NCBI RefSeq assembly: GCF_009914755.1
Contig: NC_060938.1
Source of the DNA: the human T2T-CHM13v2.0 reference genome, Homo sapiens
Length of the DNA stretch: 64,000 bases
Strand: one strand, 5' to 3'
The notes beneath the pieces were generated by a model. The model was not told where the DNA came from, did not search any database, and worked only from the letters and a program-made list of their open reading frames with translations. Below are positions 54,831 to 64,000 of this stretch, one piece after another; position 1 is the first letter of the stretch, and each line of letters starts with the position of its first letter. The translations under genes and the position numbers were made by a program.

Positions 54831-54964
54831 TTAGGATTTAAAAATGTGTCAGGATTCAGTAAGCATATCCAAAGGGGGCTTCTGTCTTGCCTCTGTGTAT
54901 CTTTGTAAGGTGTGGAGGTGTGTTTTCCAAGCTGAGACAGCCATTGTAGCTAATATCCAAATAA
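54831..54964 (+). repeat. Source copy of a ~134-bp locally duplicated segment
   Basis: Matches 56439-56488 plus 56864-56954; by hand count 13 mismatches in the 91-nt second part. Confidence 0.92.
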
Positions 54965-55329
54965 GATGAGTTTTGAATCAGACTTTTGAATCGCTGTCTC
55001 CCAAAATGTTAAACTAACATTTTTGAATTAATAAAATATTGAATTCATGTTTCTTTCACTAAAAATGTTAATGATAATTTTAAGTGGCTGCAGAAGGTTT
55101 TTGAACTGATAATGAAATAACTTACTTAAAATCATGATTAACTGTATATCACTGTTTCAAAGCTTTTTTATATGTTATACATTGGTATAATATTAGTACA
55201 GTCATTTGTGGATAAAGGAAACATATAAATAAATGAATGTATATGCAAGCATTGGTGTATGTGCCCAATTTTCATGATGTGGCACATAATAAGAAAACAT
55301 TTGAAGAGCCCTGGTCTTCATTAGCTGGA

Positions 55330-55850
55330 GAGACTGCTCTGAAATGTAAGCTCATGTAACTCTCCATGTAATTCTCTGTGGCTCCCCACTGCTTCCAGGA
55401 TAGATGCAAACTCCTTACCATGACACACATGGTTTTTCATGCCCCGACTTCTGCTTATTTTTTCTACCATTGTCTCTGGCCTCGTTCTCCCTAGATCCTT
55501 CCTTCTCAACATACTGAACAATTTGTAGTTCTCTAAACTGACAATACTCTCTCATATCCCTCCTGTCTCCATGTTTTTGCAAATGTTCCTGTCTCAACCT
55601 GAAACTCACACCTGTATCTTAACACCCCTGCCTCCCTCATACTCCCAGGGTCTTCCTGTAACAGATTAATGTTTATACATTCCTCAACGTGTGCTCACTT
55701 TTCCCAATTCTAATATGGCACCTATCACCCTACATACATAAAACCTTTTGCTCGTGTTCCTTTCTCACTAGATTGCAAGTCCCTGTAGAAGCAATATATG
55801 TGTTGAGCCTTTGTATCTCTGGAACCTTGACTGCATATATTAATATTTTG
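55330..55850 (+). mobile_element. L2 fragment
   Basis: GGCTCCCCACTGC..CAGGATA..GCAAACTCCTTA...CACTAGATTGCAAGTCCCT. Confidence 0.6.
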
Positions 55851-55854
55851 TAAT

Positions 55855-56085
55855 AATAAACATTTGTTCATTATTTACTATGGGTCAGGCACTGTTAAGT
55901 GGTTGTACTTTAGGTTGGATTAGGTAAGCCTCACAATTGCTCTAGGAAACACATTTTTATTAACTCCATTTTACAGGTGCTGAAACTGAGGCACAGAGAG
56001 GATAAATAACTTAGCTGAGGAAACACTGATATTAAGTGGCAGAAGTGGAGTTTAAACTGGGCATTTTAGCTCCAGGGGCATGTCC
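55855..56085 (-). mobile_element. MIR SINE
   Basis: CCATTTTACAGGTGCTGAAACTGAGGCACAGAGAGGATAAATAACTT. Confidence 0.85.
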
Positions 56086-56097
56086 TTAGTAAGTCTA

Positions 56098-57093
56098 ACC
56101 ATAACAGGCTGAATAGTGGCCCCCAAAAGATATATTCAAGCCTATGCCCTGGTACCTGTGAATGTGAACTTATTTGGAAATAGGGTCTTTGCAGATATAA
56201 TTAATGTAAGGTTCTTGAGATGAGATCATCCTGAAATCAGGGTGGGCCATAGACCCAATGAAGAGTGCTTTCATATGAGAAAGAGAAGAAGATATAGAGA
56301 GATTCAAAGAAGGCTGTGTGGAGATGGAGGCAAAGATTGGAGTGATGCTGCCACAAGCCAAGGAGTGCCAGGAGCCACCAGAAGCTGGAAAAAGCATGGA
56401 AGAGTTCTTCTCCACAAGAGCTTTGCGGGGAGGATCTTTTAGGATTGAAAAATGGGTGTCGGGATTCAGTAAGCACAGTCGAAAGGGGTGTATTAGTCCA
56501 TTTTCACACTGCCATAAAGAACTACGTGAGACTAGATAATTTATAAAGGAAAAAGGTTTAATTGACTGACAATTCTGCATGGCTGGAGAGGCTTTAAGAA
56601 ACTTACAATCATGGGGGAAGGTGAAGAAGAAGCAAGACACATTGGGGTCCAACATGGCGGCAGGAGAGAGAGAGTGAGCAAGGGGGGAAATGTCAAGCAC
56701 TTTTAAACCATCAGATCTCATGAGAACTCACTCACTATTACAAGAACAGAATGGGGGAAACTGCCCCCATGATTTAATCACCTCCACCATGTTCCTCCCT
56801 CAACACATGGGGATTACAATTCAAGATGAGATTTGGGTGGGGACACAGAGCCAAACCATATCAGGGAGCTTCTGCCTTGGCTCCATGTATCTTTATGAGA
56901 TGTGGAGGTATGCTTTTCAAGCTAAGACAGCCATTGTAACTAATATCCAAATAAAGAGCTTTGGGGACCCTGGCCCTGCTGACATGTTGATTTTGAACTT
57001 CTGGTCTCCATAACTGCAAGAAAATAAATTTCTCTTGTTAGAGGCCACCAAGTTTGTGGTAATTTGTTATGGTAGCCTGAGGAGACTAATATG
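56098..57093 (+). mobile_element. MLT1C-like LTR, interrupted at about 56426-56953
   Basis: GAATGTGAACTTATTTGGAAATAGGGTCTTTGCAGAT...GCCACAAGCCAAGGA...AGAAGCTGGAA | GGCCCTGCTGACA...AGTTTGTGGTAATTTGTTATGG..GCC. Confidence 0.88.
56489..56863 (-). mobile_element. MSTA/THE1D-type solo LTR
   Basis: TGTATTAGTCCATTTTCACACTGCCATAAAGAACTAC...GGGACACAGAGCCAAACCATATCA. Confidence 0.92.
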
Positions 57094-57135
57094 CCAATTT
57101 ATTTTGCTTTTTAAAGCCATTCAATAAATATTTTT

Positions 57136-57168
57136 GAATGAATGAATGAATGAATGAATGGTGAATGA
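57136..57168. repeat. (TGAA)n tetranucleotide (L2 tail-type)
   Basis: Seen directly after TCAATAAATATTTT. Confidence 0.85.
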
Positions 57169-57872
57169 AAGCAATTTTTGACTGTCTCATGTTCCAGGCA
57201 CTATGGCAGACATCAAAAATAGAAAGATTATAAAAACTCACTCACTTTTTCCCTCAATGATCTTACTGTCCACTATCTTCTGAGTCATTCTCTTAGGCTA
57301 CTACTTTCCTGGTTGAGCTTTCTGTTATCTTTTGCCTCGTCCAATACAAGAGCCTGCTAATGCCTCTCTTTGTCTTTCTTTTCTTCTCTGCAAATTACCT
57401 TCAATATTTCTGCTAGAGTTATTTTTCTAAAAATTCTTTCCTATATTTAAAATAAGAAGGTCTGAAATTGTTAGCATATAATTCAAGGCCCCTTTAATCT
57501 GGTATTTCCATGACACCTCTTCCTACCTGTCTGCAGGCATCCTTGACAATTACTACATAAATCTAGTGCCCACCTGTATAAGCCACCCTCAGCTTGGACT
57601 TTGATCGCCACAATTGCCTTCTAACTGGCCTCCTACCTTGTATGTGCAGACATTAATTCATGCCACGTTTCCTCTACCTGAAATCTTCTAGTAGGTTCCA
57701 TCTCACTCAGAGTAAAGTCCTAGTCCTTTTTTAGGACCTACAAGCTCCTCCTCCTAAATAACCCTTAGTTCTCTCTGCTCTAATACTCTAGCCTTCCAGG
57801 ATGTCCTGAGACAGTCACACTCGGAGACTTTTCACTGCTGTTTCTTTGCCTATAAGTTTCAGAGAAATTCCC

Positions 57873-60510
<2,638 letters not shown>

Positions 60511-60515
60511 TTCCC

Positions 60516-60838
60516 CTAGCCACTTACTCATGTCTTTTGTATCTTTACTCAAAATTCACCCTCTCAGAGAGGTTTCTCTGGCCTTTCTATCTAAAATTTC
60601 AACATCCCATCCCCATGGCAATTTATATCCTCCTTTTCTGCTTACTTTTTTGTCGGCACTTACCACTATCTAACATACTGTATATTTTACTTATTATCTG
60701 TTTTCTGTCTACCCCTCAAAAATGTCAGCTCCATAAAGGCAGGAGTTTGTGTGTGTTTTGTTCATGGTTATGTCCCCAAAGCCTAGAACATGGCCTGGCG
60801 CATGGCAAGGGGCAATGAATATTTGTTGGATGAATCAT
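60516..60838 (+). mobile_element. L2 3' end (continues the L2 remnant near 57560-57870 that hosts THE1)
   Basis: AATGTCAGCTCCATAAAGGCAGG...CCTAGAACATGGCCTGGC...AATGAATATTTGTTGGATGAAT. Confidence 0.75.
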
Positions 60839-63800
60839 CTACTTGATGTTTTTAATAGAGCAAGTTTCATTGTAACTCTGAGAATTCCTCAGCAAAACTC
60901 TGTGCATAATAGAAGAGTATATCTAAAGAGGAAAGGGCTGAGTCCTAGACCCCTAGATGTCCCCAGCTCTGATGGGATGGGCATGCTGTAGATGCTGAGG
61001 ATGAGTCAGATGGGCAGAATTCTGCTACCCCAGTGTATGCCAACCAACAATGGGGGTGGTCTGGCAGGAAGGTCTAGGGATATGTGCTTCCTGATGTCTG
61101 GTGAAGTGTAGCAGCAGGGAACCCAGGACCAGCAGGTGGTATTCAGAAAGGCAGGATTCACAGGCAGTTGGCACCAGGGAAATCTGTCAGCAGATGGCAG
61201 CATTCACTCCACTGGGTTGAGACTTGGGGCACCATGGGCTCTGGGTAAAGAGAGCAGTACAAGGCTGAATGCTAATTCCAAAGGGTCTATGTAACTGGCT
61301 GGGCTGAACCAGATGACTGGCTGGTTACAAACCTAGGGATCTAAATAAGCATTAGGAATGCATTAGGAACTCTGTTCTAAAGCCTGTGATGCTTTGAGGG
61401 ATCATGAGTTCAGGGTAAAGTTCTGTTATCATTCCTAAGGGAGCAAGGCCAAAACCAATAGGAAAGAAGTTTGAATGTTGAGTCCTAGTGTGTGGGACTC
61501 AATTGTTTGGTCTAAATCCCAGAGGTTACAGGATAAAGAATAAAAGCGGGCTGGGAGAAAAAGGATGACAGTTAGGGAGTAGACAGTACCTGGCACTTAG
61601 TGCATTCTGCTTCTTCATCATACAATGCTTTCTTGATCATTCTATTTCTAACTAAATGAAGTTCATATGACAAAAGTAGGTCCAATAAGACCCACAATTA
61701 TAATTTTGCTTGCCAAGAAATAGATTTTAAAATTGACTTTCAGATCCTTTTGATGGACATGGATGGTATAATTTTCCTCAGGCTCTAACTCTCTTGAATT
61801 TCTCATATTTATATCGCCTGGCTGGCCCTGAAGGCATTTCATTTTTCTACCTTTAATTATTTTTCTCTCCCTCCAAGTCCCAGCCCCAAGCCTTTTCTGC
61901 CTTCTCTCTCTCAGAATTAATTGCTCTCATTACTTATTATTACAACTTTATTTAGCAGGTTGTATTGTTCTTTGCAATGTGAATACCTGTTTATGTACTT
62001 GTCTTCTGCTTAAGATCAAACATTTCAAGTGAGGAACTAGGTGTGAGTCATCTTGTGTTTCTTCGGTGTTTAATACAGAATCTTGAACTTGGAAATGCTT
62101 AATAAATTTTTCAATTAGATTTATTACTCAGTAATCTTTGGTTATCCTGAAAAAACAAGAGTTCTTCGGAAAGTTACCAGTTTATCCATTTTTGCATCAC
62201 ATTTGTTATTTATGTCATCATTAAAGTTAATCACAGAGAAAAAAATCAATTTTAAAATGCTCAATTCAATCTGTCTGCTCGTGATTCAAATAACTGAATC
62301 ATACTGGTTAAGGTCAAATGATTAAGCTAATTGGATTGGATGACCACCTCTTAATTGAGCAATCCCTTTCTCACCAACAACCTTCAAATAGCTGATGCAA
62401 TCAATTATGTGAAGGTACAGATAATTGCTACATAAAGTGACTGCAAAATTAGACAAACTATATTTTGGGACTTGCATAGATATGGTTCTAGATTTACTCA
62501 CTATTTTCTATTGTTTAAGGAGGACTTGGGGAATGGCATAGGCATAGAAAAGAAGGGTGTATTGACAGAGAAACTTTGCCCTGGTCCTAAATGTCTGCTA
62601 GCCTGGTGCTGGAATGAGTATGTAAGAGGTTTCTGAAATAAAAGAAAAAAAATCTGTCTGCATTGATTGCAAGGTAAACCTACAAATCAGAGGGAATGCC
62701 CCCAGGGGGCAGCTTTGATCTGCTCTCTGCTCTATGATGGGGTGGGGATGGTGTGGGTTATGCTCCTGAGTCTGCACTTGCTGCAGCTTTGCTCTCTAAA
62801 TCTAGTCTTTTCACTTACATTGTTCTGGTGACAAGTAAATGAGCCACCTTATTAACTGCAAGAGTTACACTAAGAGAAAGACTGACTTATTAGTTAATAG
62901 GATGGAGAACAATGGTATGTGTCAGTTACCATCACCCAAATCATTCAAGTTTTATTGAACCACTGATGACTCCCAACACCACTTTGGTTGCTTTAAATTA
63001 AGCAAGGAAAAAAAAAAAAAACCCTTAGAAATGTGAAGTCACATTGTCATCTTCCAAAGTGTCAGCACATAATATTCTGCGTGACAAACTCTCAATTTTT
63101 TATCCAATGAATGGATAAACTGCAAATATTTTTATTTGTTTGGGGGATGCATCATACCTTTTCTATTAAAAGTTTTTCTACTTAAGTATGATAGGCTTAG
63201 ATTGGTAATAAAATAAATTCAAATTCTCTGAGCTCATCTGCCATCTGAACATGTGTTAGGTAACAGGGAAACCAGCCTGGGATTAACACAGTGTGGCAAT
63301 CCCATATTAAGGCATAGACAGTTGATTGTGTTCTTTTCATTCAAGTATGCCATGGTTAGCTAAGTTTTTAAATGTGTTTTATTACTATTTCTGTACAATT
63401 TTCATCAAGGTAACATTCTCTAGTGGGGAAAATTGTAGCTGCTCCTTTAATTGACATCTTGAAACATAATTTTACATTCCTGGCTAAAACAGACAAGGGT
63501 AACGTATTCCATTTCACTTATTTCCTTTGGATTTATTGGCTCTCTTCTGCCCTCAGGGATCTATATGAAATCTAGGCAACTGTAGTTACAAGGCTTTGGG
63601 GAGAAATCAGCAGTTGCAATGGTGATAATCACACAGTAAATAAAAGCAGAATTTGCCTTTTATGTAAATTTTGATTTGTTGTATGTGAATAAAGGTTTGA
63701 AGTAAGAGCCAGGAAATCAGTTTCAAAGGTGACAGCAGCTGCTGGGACTTTTATTGTTCTAGGGGTTAATTCCATGTCTTTTGTACCAAAGTGGGACTAC

Positions 63801-64000
63801 ATTTAATTGAGAAAACACTATAAAATATTCTTTTATTGGAGGTCCTCAGATTTAGAAGCTGGGATAGATCTTGAAGATTTTCTAACTCAACTCCTTATTT
63901 TCAAATGAGCTTAAAATGACACTGAAAATAGTTTCTCAAAGTTACATGTATTAGAGAATATCAGGACTGCACTGGATGTCTTGACTCCAAGTCCAGTTTC

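Noticed and set aside
56170-57013. 183-aa and 107-aa ORFs
   Set aside because: They span nested MaLR LTR sequence; repeat-derived chance frames

Overview
This is AT-rich, CpG-depleted primate DNA, very probably human because it contains an AluYa5. It looks intergenic or deep intronic. I find no intact host protein-coding gene, RNA gene or CRISPR array. Almost all ORFs in the track are chance frames or repeat-derived. The only real protein homologies are a class I ERV env remnant (5.0-5.97 kb) and the C-terminus of L1 ORF2 (18.3-18.9 kb). A large part of the window is interspersed repeats: Alu, L1, L2, MIR, MaLR/THE1/MST/MLT, MER4/MER41/ERVL LTRs, and hAT/Tigger MITEs. Subfamily names come from remembered consensus sequences, not from a database search. 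The most notable structures are: (1) an AluY-L1PA fusion inside one 16-bp TSD; (2) an env+LTR fragment whose 5' part is inverted, inserted in a MER4 LTR with no TSD or poly(A); (3) two short segments copied 1.6-1.8 kb downstream with flanking micro-duplications, one copying the donor half of a candidate 198-nt exon; (4) a young AluYa5 in a full-length THE1; (5) a near-perfect 64-bp tandem duplication; (6) several repeat-free, motif-dense candidate enhancers. I cannot support a wholly new biological system from the sequence alone.
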